Part shown: positions 37,662 through 46,914 of the stretch, piece after piece
Numbering within the stretch: position 1 is the first letter of the stretch
Layout: each line of letters opens with the position of its first letter
IMG/VR virus record: IMGVR_UViG_3300020123_000165
Coordinates: 1-62,768 of that record
Direction: 5' to 3' (one strand)
Length of the DNA stretch: 62,768 nucleotides
Source of the DNA: a virus
Taxonomy: Duplodnaviria > Caudoviricetes
Made by a program: the position numbers and the translations under genes
The notes under the pieces: generated by a model
Seen by the model: only the letters and a program-made list of their open reading frames with translations
What the model was told of the DNA's origin: nothing
The model's database searches: none

Positions 37662-38073
37662 ACAACTCCACGGGTATTCCTACTGATCTCAATAGCTGAG
37701 TACCTGAGTCATCTCGATAGGGAGTCTTGTAAACTACCCGAGCTATTCCCGAGTTGATGATCAATTGACTACATTTTAGGCAGGGTTGATGGGTACAGTA
37801 TAATGTCCCCCCTTGTAGCTTTATTCCAGACCTGGCGGCATAAGTGATAGCTCCCGCTTCGGAGTGAACAGTTCTATTACAAGGTGAGGCGGGACTGCAA
37901 TTCGTGGAATCACAGTGGGGAACTCCCGAGGGGGCTCCAGCATAACCCGTGGAGACTATTCGCCCATCTTGGGAGATCACCGAACCCACTTTAAGTCTGG
38001 TACAGGTGGACCTGAGGGCCATCAGCTCAGCGGTTTTCATGAGTAAAGAATCTCGACTTATACGGTCTTCCAT
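37648..38073 (-). CDS. dCMP deaminase
   Basis: RSTC.R..VG, HSE, PCLKC. Confidence 0.92.
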   Translation of the reverse strand: MEDRISRDSLLMKTAELMALRSTCTRLKVGSVISQDGRIVSTGYAGAPSGVPHCDSTNCSPASPCNRTVHSEAGAITYAARSGIKLQGGTLYCTHQPCLKCSQLIINSGIARVVYKTPYRDDSGTQLLRSVGIPVELYDEK

Positions 38074-38495
38074 GATTTCCTTTTCCTAATATTGCAAATG
38101 TGTCCGGGAGACACTTTAAATTCAGCTGATAGTTCTTTGCAAGTCTTCGTAGAATCCCTAATGCTCATCACTTCAGCCACTGTTAATTTTACTATATTAT
38201 GGTGAATCCCAGATAAAGATCTTCCTTTATTTACTTTATCTTTTTCGTTATCAGTTCTAGTTCCCAGTGACAGATGCTCGGGATTAACGCACAGTTTATT
38301 GTCGCAGCTATGCATTACTTCTAATCCCTCTGGAATGACTCCCTTATATAGCAAATAAGCTATACGATGAGCCCAACTTGTTCCTAGGTATTTCTTATAG
38401 GTTTGGTAGACTCCATAGCCATTCTTAGCCGTCGAGCCCTTCCATACCCAACAATCGGGTGACTTTTGGAATCTTAGTTCAAATCCATTTGAGGA
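38058..38495 (-). pseudogene. HNH endonuclease lacking an in-frame start (frameshifted or degenerate)
   Basis: Frame is open from the stop at 38496-98 and encodes DCWVW..GYG..AHRIAY upstream of the track's TTG; the coupled ATG at 38533 is in another frame. Confidence 0.6.
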
Positions 38496-38529
38496 TTACC
38501 ATTAAGAATCCTAGGAAACCCGAATTTCT

Positions 38530-39420
38530 TCATTTCAACCACCCCATCAGGGTATTGATGTCGGTGGAGAAGCCCGCGGCATTCTTATGACCCCCACCGC
38601 CAAAGGCCCTGGCGATAAGTGAAACATCATAATCTCCATTGCTGCGCAAGGAGCATTTGACTTTGTTGTCTTGATCAACATACCAGATAAGACCGTAGGT
38701 GAGCCCGGCATTAGCTAGTTCATGGCCTATCTCAGACATATGGATATTGGTATTGATGGCCAGGCCCAAGTAGTGATGCCATTCAGGAAGGTCATCTTCA
38801 TGCGTGTAGTGCTTCACCACCAGGTCACAGCTTCTGGCTTTTTTCGCCATAGACTTGACCTGACGTTCTTGCTCAGCCAAGAGGATCGACCCCTCGAATA
38901 CAATCTGCGTCAGGTAGTCTGATCCAACATCTGTACGCCACTGATCGAAGGTCCAGGGCTTACGAGCGGCCATTCCAGCATGGAATGACTTGCTATCATT
39001 GATTTTGAACTGCCAACGATCACGATCATCGATGCAATGAACCCAATCAGGTACCTTGGTCCCTGGATGGAAGTATTTCCAGGAAAGCATAGCCCCTGAC
39101 TTGTTGTTGTCCAGGACAATGTAAGTGTATTCAGTCTCATCGACATACAACTGACGTTCATCCCCCGCCCAGTTTTCAAAGGCGGTCTTATGGTGATCCA
39201 ACCAAACGACATACTCAGCCTGTTGGATGATATCTTTCATCACTTCCGCAGGAAAGCTGAAGTCCAGGATATGCACTGATCGGCCAGCTACTTCACAAGG
39301 TATAGGATTACCATAGTCCACTGGAATATACTCTGCAGTATCACCCATCGCCAGCCATGCAGCGAAGGCGGCACCGAAACCATCAGTGCAATTGGCATGG
39401 TAAATCACGAGTCGTTTCAT
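38530..39420 (-). CDS. DHH/DHHA1 phosphoesterase
   Basis: YH..C.DG, LDFS, LDHH, D.RDRW, SLRS, GGGGHKNAAG. Confidence 0.92.
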   Translation of the reverse strand: MKRLVIYHANCTDGFGAAFAAWLAMGDTAEYIPVDYGNPIPCEVAGRSVHILDFSFPAEVMKDIIQQAEYVVWLDHHKTAFENWAGDERQLYVDETEYTYIVLDNNKSGAMLSWKYFHPGTKVPDWVHCIDDRDRWQFKINDSKSFHAGMAARKPWTFDQWRTDVGSDYLTQIVFEGSILLAEQERQVKSMAKKARSCDLVVKHYTHEDDLPEWHHYLGLAINTNIHMSEIGHELANAGLTYGLIWYVDQDNKVKCSLRSNGDYDVSLIARAFGGGGHKNAAGFSTDINTLMGWLK

Positions 39421-40046
39421 CTTCTTGTCCCCATATTCATAAACATCATTAAATCTTCAAGTCCTTGAGCCTGACTTCCGTAATAAGAAGGTGGACTCTC
39501 TCGTCGGGGGTCACACTCATAAGACCAGTCGGCGATAGCTTCAAGGCACTTATCACAGAGAGCTCGGCGATGCTGAATCAGCAGATAGTCTTGAATAGCC
39601 TTAGTCCGATTCTGCTTAGCTACTACCTGAATAGGATTGAACCCCTTGACCCGAATACGTCTTCCCACTTGTCTCCATCGTTTAGCGGTGGCCCGTAACC
39701 CCTGAAGGCCTTTCATCAGATCTTTACGAGTGTATTTGAAATGGTCTCGGACCTCCTTCATGAGGTCAGTATATTCTACATCACTCGCCTCAGCCACTGT
39801 AGAGAAAACCTGAGCTATGATCTCGAAGACGCTCGATTCTTGTTGGGATCCCGTCTCCCCTGTAGAATCATACCGTTGACGCTTCTCATCATCCATAAGA
39901 ACTTCGTAAGCTTTCTTAATCTGTACGAACTTCTCATGAGATCCCCCTTTGTCAGGATGATGCTTGGAAGCCTTAGTACGATAAGCTTTCTTAATGGTCG
40001 CCGAGTCCGCATCACGAGCTACTCCTAAGTCGTCATATAGGCTCAT
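39417..40046 (-). CDS. J-domain (DnaJ-like) protein
   Basis: Y..LGV, IKKAYR, HPDK, AYEVL.D..R..YD. Confidence 0.9.
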   Translation of the reverse strand: MSLYDDLGVARDADSATIKKAYRTKASKHHPDKGGSHEKFVQIKKAYEVLMDDEKRQRYDSTGETGSQQESSVFEIIAQVFSTVAEASDVEYTDLMKEVRDHFKYTRKDLMKGLQGLRATAKRWRQVGRRIRVKGFNPIQVVAKQNRTKAIQDYLLIQHRRALCDKCLEAIADWSYECDPRRESPPSYYGSQAQGLEDLMMFMNMGTRR

Positions 40047-40255
40047 GATGATATCTGAGCTTGAAGAGGAACTTCAGTAAGGCCATACTCCTCTGCCTGG
40101 CCTTCGAATTCCTGTTTGTCATACATGAAAGCGAACTTCCCTTGGGTTACATCATCTACCAGCCTACGGGCTTCTCCGTAGTCTACCCCTAACACTTTAG
40201 AGTAGCAGTTTGCTAGGTTACTACCCAATCCATAAGTCACGAAAAATTCCGGCAT
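40043..40255 (-). CDS. Hypothetical protein
   Basis: ORF track; coupled to next gene. Confidence 0.65.
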   Translation of the reverse strand: MPEFFVTYGLGSNLANCYSKVLGVDYGEARRLVDDVTQGKFAFMYDKQEFEGQAEEYGLTEVPLQAQISS

Positions 40256-40262
40256 AATTTCC

Positions 40263-41057
40263 TCATTTCAATACTACTTTGTCGGTTTGAAAGCAGTGTA
40301 GCGACGTGATGTGCATGGTGAGAGTTCCCGGAACCACGTTAGCCCAGTCCATCTCGGGTCGGGCCAGACGACACTGATCCAAGACCCAGAGCTGTAACCG
40401 TAAGGTAAGATAGACATCATCCCGAAAGTGTCGAACAAAGTCGCATGAGCGTAAGTAGTAAACGCAGTGTAGTCGATTGTTCCGCATGATGAAGTGATAG
40501 CCCAAAGAGCAGGGCACCCTCTTCTCCTGAACGGCGGCGCCCAAGTCCTCGGGAAACCAGACTGGCAAGTATGCTTGACGAGTCGTAGGTTCGTTAGCCA
40601 GGATCGTAACCAAATCATCTAAGTCTCCGTAAATGAAACGAATTCCATGGTGGGGTGATATATAATCTGAATGGAGGATTCCTCCAGAGGTTGTTCCAGC
40701 GGCTTTTGGCCAGTATCGTTCAGCATAGCTGTGGTCAAATTGGGGATCTTCTTCACCCTCTCGGCGATGTGTGTCGGCAGACGCTGAATAAGGCCAGATT
40801 CGCCATGTTTGTCCAGGATTGATCGGATCACCACTAACTCTCTCCTCGAGAAAGTGACGGTCTGCCCAGGGGAGGTTAGGTTTGATTTGCTCACGATAGA
40901 AGTCCAGATCCTCGGTAGGAAGATCATAAGTGAAGGAGTAATTCAACAGTTCCAGCATCGGCTGTGGAGCTTTGATAGACTGCCAACGAGTACCCTCGAC
41001 GATTGAAGCGTTCCTCAGTCGAGTGGAGACGTCTTGAGGTATGTTATCGAAGATCAT
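40263..41057 (-). CDS. Thymidylate-synthase-fold enzyme, probable dCMP hydroxymethylase/methylase
   Basis: TTRQA, RVPC, RSCDFVRHFRDD (Asp at the specificity position), SLH. Confidence 0.8.
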   Translation of the reverse strand: MIFDNIPQDVSTRLRNASIVEGTRWQSIKAPQPMLELLNYSFTYDLPTEDLDFYREQIKPNLPWADRHFLEERVSGDPINPGQTWRIWPYSASADTHRREGEEDPQFDHSYAERYWPKAAGTTSGGILHSDYISPHHGIRFIYGDLDDLVTILANEPTTRQAYLPVWFPEDLGAAVQEKRVPCSLGYHFIMRNNRLHCVYYLRSCDFVRHFRDDVYLTLRLQLWVLDQCRLARPEMDWANVVPGTLTMHITSLHCFQTDKVVLK

Positions 41058-41241
41058 TGATGGTGTCCAGGTCAATTACTTCCATTTTCTGGCTGAAAGT
41101 GGGGCAGGTACATGGTTTCTCTGGATCGACCAGCTGAGCGGGCAGCGCCCAGAAAGGTACAGGAAATTCACAGACATAGTACCCGGTGGTCGTCTTCTGG
41201 CTGATATGAACACAGTTCTTGCATTGTTCACGATCCGACAT
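41044..41241 (-). CDS. Small Cys-rich protein
   Basis: CKNC..C..C.C pattern; AAGGA RBS. Confidence 0.6.
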   Translation of the reverse strand: MSDREQCKNCVHISQKTTTGYYVCEFPVPFWALPAQLVDPEKPCTCPTFSQKMEVIDLDTINDLR

Positions 41242-41425
41242 GTTTATTCCTTTCTTCTAACATGGTTTGAGCAATACCGTAACATTGACCAGCCGCGTAT
41301 CGGCCAGAGGCTAAGGCTGACTGAGCGAAGTGATCCAACAGGACCTCTTTGAGAAGCTTATTCTGTCGCTCCAGGTAGTTGATCCGGGACTCATAAGTGG
41401 CTTGGTCATCCTTCGTTATCATCAT
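41228..41425 (-). CDS. Hypothetical phage protein
   Basis: DHFAQSAL...Y.IA..ML.ER pattern. Confidence 0.6.
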   Translation of the reverse strand: MMITKDDQATYESRINYLERQNKLLKEVLLDHFAQSALASGRYAAGQCYGIAQTMLEERNKHVGS

Positions 41426-42149
41426 CCTCTCCAATTCCTTCATCATTAAAGCTGGCCCCATTGGCCGTACAGTAATCTGCCAGGGCCTTACAGTCCAATT
41501 TCTCCTGGGCTATACCCCACATTTTAACCCTATGCTTATATGCGTACCGGCATTCCTTCTCATAGAATTTAGCTGTGGCATTCAAGAAGGTTCGGTAGTA
41601 TCGTGGATCATGCTTCTTCAGAAGCTCATAGAACTCCACAGCGTCGGTATGCTGAAACAGGATAGGAGCGAAGAGGGCCGTGAGAAAGCAATTTGCAAAG
41701 TAGAGTCGGTAGGTTCGTGGAGTGTGAGCAAGGCCCAGCTGACCAAGGATAATTGGAAGCAGCGCATAGTCAGCGGTGTGTTTTTGGATGAGCTCAGTAG
41801 ATCGGTATATGACATCCACTTCGGTCCATTTTGGCGTTTGTGTAATGATGATGGACCGTATACAATGACCTTGAGATCGTGCATCCTTCTTTTCTCCCAG
41901 TGTATTGAGGGCCACAGAGGTATGTGGCGATTTGCGGCGGGCCGCTAGTTTTGTCCGGGCGGCGTCCACTTCAGCCTGATTGAAATAGTTCCGCATCAGC
42001 TGGGCCACTTTACCCCCGCGATACCCCAACTGAGCCAGGTCCACCTCAGGTAGGGTGTTCATTTCCCAGGATACGCCTTGAACGACTTTGCGTACCCCCG
42101 TATAGATACCAGGTTGTTGAATGACATGCTTACAAAGATCAACTAACAT
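41406..42149 (-). CDS. Divergent second thymidylate-synthase-fold protein
   Basis: QGHCIRS (PC equivalent) and YRSTELIQKHTAD (RSxD..D equivalent); near TS gene. Confidence 0.6.
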   Translation of the reverse strand: MLVDLCKHVIQQPGIYTGVRKVVQGVSWEMNTLPEVDLAQLGYRGGKVAQLMRNYFNQAEVDAARTKLAARRKSPHTSVALNTLGEKKDARSQGHCIRSIIITQTPKWTEVDVIYRSTELIQKHTADYALLPIILGQLGLAHTPRTYRLYFANCFLTALFAPILFQHTDAVEFYELLKKHDPRYYRTFLNATAKFYEKECRYAYKHRVKMWGIAQEKLDCKALADYCTANGASFNDEGIGEDDDNEG

Positions 42150-42541
42150 TACGCTCCTAACAAGAATGATACTACGGATGGTATTTGAACGACTTTATTC
42201 ATTTTACGCTGAGAACGCTTTCGAGCTGCTTCCCTCTCCTTGACTCCTTCGTTGAGCCGATACTCTGCTTTAGTGATGAGATGTGGTTTTTGAGGTTCAT
42301 TGTCATTAGCACCCCATAGATACTCGGGAGTCCAACGACCTTGTGGGCTATCTCTCCTCCATCCGGTGATATGGATTTCTTTCATGGAGTGAAGAAGGCT
42401 AAGGTACTCGCGCCCATTACGTGCCGAGATGAAACATCTGGCCTCAATATCATGGAAAGTAAGCTTCTGTCCTTTCTGAAGCTCCCGCCTGATGCGATTC
42501 ATATTAGGATGCATTACCCTTGGGAGCATTTGATGGCACAC
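42149..42541 (-). CDS. Winged-helix-like DNA-binding protein
   Basis: R.YL..LH..IHI.GW.R....P.Y.WG. Confidence 0.55.
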   Translation of the reverse strand: MCHQMLPRVMHPNMNRIRRELQKGQKLTFHDIEARCFISARNGREYLSLLHSMKEIHITGWRRDSPQGRWTPEYLWGANDNEPQKPHLITKAEYRLNEGVKEREAARKRSQRKMNKVVQIPSVVSFLLGA

Positions 42542-42777
42542 TGGACAAGTCGATCAACCTCATCATCAGAGTAGTCATGTGAGACCATCATCTGAGTCAC
42601 GTCATCTGACATATGGGTATAGAGTGGATAGTCTACTAGATCACACCAAGTACCCTCTGGCCAGTAATAGATAGATCGCATACTCTTCTTCCCAAAGATG
42701 AGGTCATAGTTCTCTCGACCCTGCTCACTCAAAGCTTTGGAGACTAACCGATCCCCCGTGATATCATTCTTACTCAT
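42514..42777 (-). CDS. Hypothetical protein
   Basis: NDITGD..SK and WPEGTWC..HMSDD motifs. Confidence 0.6.
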   Translation of the reverse strand: MSKNDITGDRLVSKALSEQGRENYDLIFGKKSMRSIYYWPEGTWCDLVDYPLYTHMSDDVTQMMVSHDYSDDEVDRLVQCAIKCSQG

Positions 42778-43001
42778 GACTTGACCTCATAGCAAACGCT
42801 TTGTTGGATCAGAGAATCAGCTGTGTTCTTGGCGTTGTTCTCGGAGATTGCCATCAGCTTGACCTCGTAATTGGCGTCTGAGGTGTAGTAATTATATGTC
42901 CGCCATTCCTGCCATAGCAGGTGATACCATTTCTTGTATTCGACCGTGAAAGTCTTCCCTATGGGGTCATGCACTACGCGTGCTTTACGGTAGAGCCTCA
43001 T
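42774..43001 (-). CDS. Hypothetical protein
   Basis: ORF track; coupled. Confidence 0.6.
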   Translation of the reverse strand: MRLYRKARVVHDPIGKTFTVEYKKWYHLLWQEWRTYNYYTSDANYEVKLMAISENNAKNTADSLIQQSVCYEVKS

Positions 43002-43276
43002 TATTCATTCTCCAGTTCTTGCGGGGATGGAATGATGTGGAGGGGCTTTCGCTTTCCATATACCTGCTCTTGATAGATTCCGGGTATCGCTGACTTATGC
43101 ATTGGATGTCCAGAACCATCTATGTAGGCTGCTGCTGGCTCCTTCCGCAGCTTCTCGATCATGGCGAGTTGGATGTCGCAGGCGAATTTTTGGGCTATAG
43201 ACGCACCGACAGAACTGCTATCACAAGTCTTTACCCAAATTTCTCTAACTTCTTGCTCAGTCAGCAAAATGCTCAT
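43001..43276 (-). CDS. Hypothetical protein
   Basis: ORF track; coupled. Confidence 0.6.
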   Translation of the reverse strand: MSILLTEQEVREIWVKTCDSSSVGASIAQKFACDIQLAMIEKLRKEPAAAYIDGSGHPMHKSAIPGIYQEQVYGKRKPLHIIPSPQELENE

Positions 43277-43662
43277 GATTCCTCCGAGGGGGATGGTGCA
43301 GGTGGAAGTGGCATCCAGTGGGATACGCGATAATTCTTAGGACAGTCGTCCTCGTCAGCATCTTCGCTATACCAGTTTCCGGACTTCCTGTTATCAAGAC
43401 CGCCGTCTTTCAACTGGAACCACAATGTTTCCATCCCGTATGATTTGTGCCATACAAGGTAGCTACCCCATTCCGTAGGCGCAGTTTCAATCGGCATCCA
43501 CTGTGGCGAACTCAGTGCGGCTTGCCAGCCAGTCCACATTGATTGAATATGCTCGTGGTCGTATTTGAATTCACAGCTCCAAGTATCAACACGGCCAGTG
43601 ATATCAAGGCTCCTTGATTTTGCCCACTTCTCGAACTGCTTACGGATTTTCTGGTTGGTCAT
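43273..43662 (-). CDS. DUF551-like protein
   Basis: WMPIETAP ... VSHWMPLPPAP. Confidence 0.8.
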   Translation of the reverse strand: MTNQKIRKQFEKWAKSRSLDITGRVDTWSCEFKYDHEHIQSMWTGWQAALSSPQWMPIETAPTEWGSYLVWHKSYGMETLWFQLKDGGLDNRKSGNWYSEDADEDDCPKNYRVSHWMPLPPAPSPSEES

Positions 43663-43775
43663 TTCAATTCATCCTTATGAATAAAGACGCTGGAGTTATC
43701 TGAAAAGTAAAGTGTGTAGAATTGACCACACAAAGAGTGAAGTTTTCTGGTTACATGCTTCCCTTTGTAAGTCAT
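43659..43775 (-). CDS. Small hypothetical protein (38 aa)
   Basis: Read manually; ATGA overlaps at both ends. Confidence 0.45.
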   Translation of the reverse strand: MTYKGKHVTRKLHSLCGQFYTLYFSDNSSVFIHKDELK

Positions 43776-44311
43776 GGTTTCCACTCCCCTTTCCTGATCT
43801 TGTCTGCGATGTCCATTAGATGACAGTAAGCCTCTTTGACAAAGCCTAGTGCAATCCTCTCCACCAGCTTCGCGTCATGCTCACGGAGGGTGGAATTATC
43901 GGATTTGGTTGCGAGGGCCGCATGCGCAAGATCAAGCACCGATTCCGTGTAGTGATCTTGGTGCATATGCGGGGTTTTAGTGATCTTCTGCAAAGCCTCC
44001 CGCAGCTTATCGTTCTCAGCCTGCGCTTGGGCAAGTTGCTGGCGGAGTCCCCTTTCGGACTCACAACAGTCGGCATAGTGAACCTCTGTTTCTTTGAGTG
44101 AGATATTCTCAGCCTCCAGTTCTCCAACCTTGGCAGCGTAGTCAGAGATGATTGTATTATCCAGAGCTACCTTGGCTTCTAGGTCGGCTCGGGCGAAGGT
44201 GGAGAAGGCTTCAAGTGCCTCAAACTCACCGGCAATATCACCTTGGGGGAAGCAGTAGATTTCTGATTCCTTTGCCCACTGCACTACCTGCTCTTTGGTC
44301 GGTATGGTCAT
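43772..44311 (-). CDS. Hypothetical coiled-coil protein
   Basis: ORF track; coupled. Confidence 0.6.
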   Translation of the reverse strand: MTIPTKEQVVQWAKESEIYCFPQGDIAGEFEALEAFSTFARADLEAKVALDNTIISDYAAKVGELEAENISLKETEVHYADCCESERGLRQQLAQAQAENDKLREALQKITKTPHMHQDHYTESVLDLAHAALATKSDNSTLREHDAKLVERIALGFVKEAYCHLMDIADKIRKGEWKP

Positions 44312-44571
44312 TTCATTCCCCCTTTCTTTAGTAATTCAGTATCCTCTTTGCGGGAATCAAGATCGAGCAGTTCGCTGTACCCATAGCATCGTTGCCCATC
44401 AGTGAAGCCTGCCGCGATAGGTTCCCTGAAAAGACGTGTCCAGTTGTACCCACCTGTCTTGATGTGGGATAACACCTCGGCAAACGCATCATGGCCGATT
44501 GATTTCGGGAAGATGAAAAGCTGCTCGCCGTCTTCCTCGCACGTAACGACTACATATTTCATTTCAACCAT
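44308..44571 (-). CDS. Hypothetical phage protein
   Basis: MKYVV..FIFP..H...AGF..CYG.S..L.SR..D. Confidence 0.7.
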   Translation of the reverse strand: MVEMKYVVVTCEEDGEQLFIFPKSIGHDAFAEVLSHIKTGGYNWTRLFREPIAAGFTDGQRCYGYSELLDLDSRKEDTELLKKGGMK

Positions 44572-45124
44572 TTACTTTCCCCTTAACGGTGGCTAGGGCG
44601 TCGCATATAGCCGTCCTAATTTTAAAATAGCGTTCTGTCTCAAGAGGTTGTCCTACGGTCGCGTATATCTGATTATTGACCGATTCCAACGCATCCACCA
44701 GCACCTTCACCTTGTCTTGCTCGGCGGAGAGTTGTTGCCTAAGACTTTGCTTACTATGTAAAGCCTCGTTGAGTGCTTGCTGTAAAGAAGTATTAGAAGC
44801 CTCAAGCTCGGCTACTCTGGCGCGGAGGGCTTCGATTTCAGTCGCAGACCTACCATAGGCATAGGCGTCATCGTCTCCACTGAGTTTCACTGGGAGAGGG
44901 TGGGTGAAAAGGTAGGTTCCTACAGGGGGTAAAGGAGCCAGCTGTTTGAGGGCTGTGAATTTAGCAAAACCATTGTCGGTGTTGACCACCTCGGCCACCG
45001 GCTCCTGCTTGCTCAGTTCTGCGACCAGGGCGTGGGCGAAGTCTTGCGTCAGCCCAGCAGGGAGGCCAATTCTGAATCTGCTTTCGCCGTTGACCAAACG
45101 CAGGGCGATTTCTTTAATGTTCAT
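44564..45124 (-). CDS. Hypothetical protein
   Basis: QEPVA..LPPVGT.LF motif plus coiled coil. Confidence 0.6.
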   Translation of the reverse strand: MNIKEIALRLVNGESRFRIGLPAGLTQDFAHALVAELSKQEPVAEVVNTDNGFAKFTALKQLAPLPPVGTYLFTHPLPVKLSGDDDAYAYGRSATEIEALRARVAELEASNTSLQQALNEALHSKQSLRQQLSAEQDKVKVLVDALESVNNQIYATVGQPLETERYFKIRTAICDALATVKGKVNG

Positions 45125-45414
45125 TCATATCTCCCGTAATTGCTGAACAATATACCTGTATGTTTTGAGTACCGAAGACGGTAGTAGAAGCGACCAACCC
45201 TGATAATGAACCCAAAACTGTAGCGATCCCATAAAGACCAGAAACTAATCCCTTGCGGCGGGATCATCCCTTCCTGCCTGATGATGTGAATCATCGCGTG
45301 CTCCTCAGCAATGTTTCCACTTGCCGCACATGTGGCAACGGTACGTATATTCTGTAGCATCACCCCCGCAATATGACCACTGGCAGGGGATTCCGGATGT
45401 GGTTTGTATGTCAT
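45121..45414 (-). CDS. Hypothetical protein
   Basis: AAGGAG RBS; ORF track. Confidence 0.55.
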   Translation of the reverse strand: MTYKPHPESPASGHIAGVMLQNIRTVATCAASGNIAEEHAMIHIIRQEGMIPPQGISFWSLWDRYSFGFIIRVGRFYYRLRYSKHTGILFSNYGRYE

Positions 45415-45426
45415 TTCATTCTCCTT

Positions 45427-45540
45427 ATCAGCTAACCCTGAAGCCCCGTCGTGATTCGAAAACTAATACCCGAAGGGTGGCACGACAACTACCGGCTAAT
45501 CAAGAGGGCACGTCCTCTGTCGACTCCAGGGCTAACTGAT
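45427..45540 (-). ncRNA. Putative structured RNA (19-bp closing stem, multibranch interior)
   Basis: AUCAGUUAGCCCUGGAGUC/GGCUUCAGGGUUAGCUGAU with 4 G-U pairs; inner stems AGAGG/CCUCU and GUCGUG/CACGAC; two UUCG loops. Confidence 0.7.
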
Positions 45541-45845
45541 CATAGCGCCGGTAAGGCGCGAAGTTCTTGGATCTTCTGGTCAATCTCATTGATCTTGAGT
45601 TGAGTCTCTGCCAGAAGCTTGGCTTTTTTGATTTCAAACATGTTGATAGTCTGGAGGGTAAAGTCATTGTCTTCGGCTTCGAAGACAATGTGAGCTTGTC
45701 CCACTCTGATCCAGCCATGCCCACTCATATCTTGTGAATAGAATGACATCTGCCCGATGATATCCTTGGGAGACATCTGCGGCCAAAGGGATGTGTTAGT
45801 GTATTCGCTGGTAATCCAAGCGGACAGGGTTGCTTTTACTCTCAT
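45540..45845 (-). CDS. Hypothetical protein
   Basis: ATG overlaps upstream stop; ORF track. Confidence 0.6.
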   Translation of the reverse strand: MRVKATLSAWITSEYTNTSLWPQMSPKDIIGQMSFYSQDMSGHGWIRVGQAHIVFEAEDNDFTLQTINMFEIKKAKLLAETQLKINEIDQKIQELRALPAL

Positions 45846-46288
45846 GATTTCTCCCACCAATAAGGTGCTGGACGCCCACGGTTCCACTGGGCAAAGGTTT
45901 TGGTATGGTAATACTTGCGATATGCTTCTACCGGATCAGTGCAGCGCATACTTTCTGGCATACACTGAACGAACTCGGAGACTCCTACGGGAAAGCGATT
46001 TCCCTCATTGGCCAGGGATGCGATGATCTTCTGGCACATATGGACCTTCTGGTAGCGGAAGGTGTATTCCTCGCATAGGGCCAGAGCATGCATAGCCAGC
46101 CAGTTATAATTGGTCCGGTTCTTTCTGGCCCAGAGGGTACAGGGGTGGTTCATATGGCTGATCCTGTATGGGCCGTCAGCCACTGCACTCATTATCTGAG
46201 TAGACTCCAAGCATTGTTTGACTATGTGTTTGTCACATAGCATTTGAGCTGCTAAAACTGGGTTTGTGTCTACTACGAAGATTTGCAT
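45842..46288 (-). CDS. Pyrimidine-dimer DNA glycosylase (endonuclease V-like)
   Basis: M.IF....P..AA...CDKH.VK..LE..Q, H.NHPC..W, EY..RY.K.H, DPV.AYR.YY. Confidence 0.85.
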   Translation of the reverse strand: MQIFVVDTNPVLAAQMLCDKHIVKQCLESTQIMSAVADGPYRISHMNHPCTLWARKNRTNYNWLAMHALALCEEYTFRYQKVHMCQKIIASLANEGNRFPVGVSEFVQCMPESMRCTDPVEAYRKYYHTKTFAQWNRGRPAPYWWEKS

Positions 46289-46290
46289 GA

Positions 46291-46854
46291 TTACCTCTTG
46301 TGTTTAGAGTAGAATTTAGCCATCAGAATAAGCTCATCAATCGTAGCATCTTTCTTCAGTATGTTAGCCCGACGACTTACTATTATTATATTCTCTTTTG
46401 TGTACCCTTTATCATTCTCTATTCGATCAATAGATGGAGCATTCATCCAAGTCGATTTATCCTCTCTATGCAAAGGTATACCAAATACCGGGCAGGTTTC
46501 GGGTATGATTATGTCAGAGAGTTGTATAGTGTGTTCCATGCCAAGTTTCTTGGCTCGTTGGCGAGAATTTCTCCATATTACATAAGCCGCTTTATGAGTC
46601 CAATTTCTAGAACGTCTAGCTTGTACTATATCACCTCGTCCACATTTCTTGCACTGAGACTTCTTTCCGGAACTAAGGTCTCCCCGTATATTGTAAGAAA
46701 AGGCCCCTTTAGGTTTAGCCTCTCCACATGAAATGCAAACTTGATTCTCACCCATGTTAGATTCAAGTCTTTTCTTTCCGTTGAATTGATTAGAGCAGGT
46801 ATTAGAACAGAATTTTCGTTTGGTGGATTTTCCACAATTGGGACAAATATTCAT
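46291..46854 (-). CDS. HNH endonuclease with Zn-finger N-terminus
   Basis: CPNCG..FCS..C; CPVFG; PSIDRI....GY...N......AN..K. Confidence 0.85.
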   Translation of the reverse strand: MNICPNCGKSTKRKFCSNTCSNQFNGKKRLESNMGENQVCISCGEAKPKGAFSYNIRGDLSSGKKSQCKKCGRGDIVQARRSRNWTHKAAYVIWRNSRQRAKKLGMEHTIQLSDIIIPETCPVFGIPLHREDKSTWMNAPSIDRIENDKGYTKENIIIVSRRANILKKDATIDELILMAKFYSKHKR

Positions 46855-46914
46855 GGTTTATTCGAGGTGAAAATTACATTTTACACTAGATAATCGAGTT
46901 AGTGCACTTGCTTG

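Noticed and set aside
45427-45540. HEARO/omega RNA, hammerhead ribozyme or tRNA identity
   Set aside because: Only a short UUGAUUAGCC resemblance; no IscB/TnpB nearby, no CUGANGA/GAAA core and no cloverleaf.
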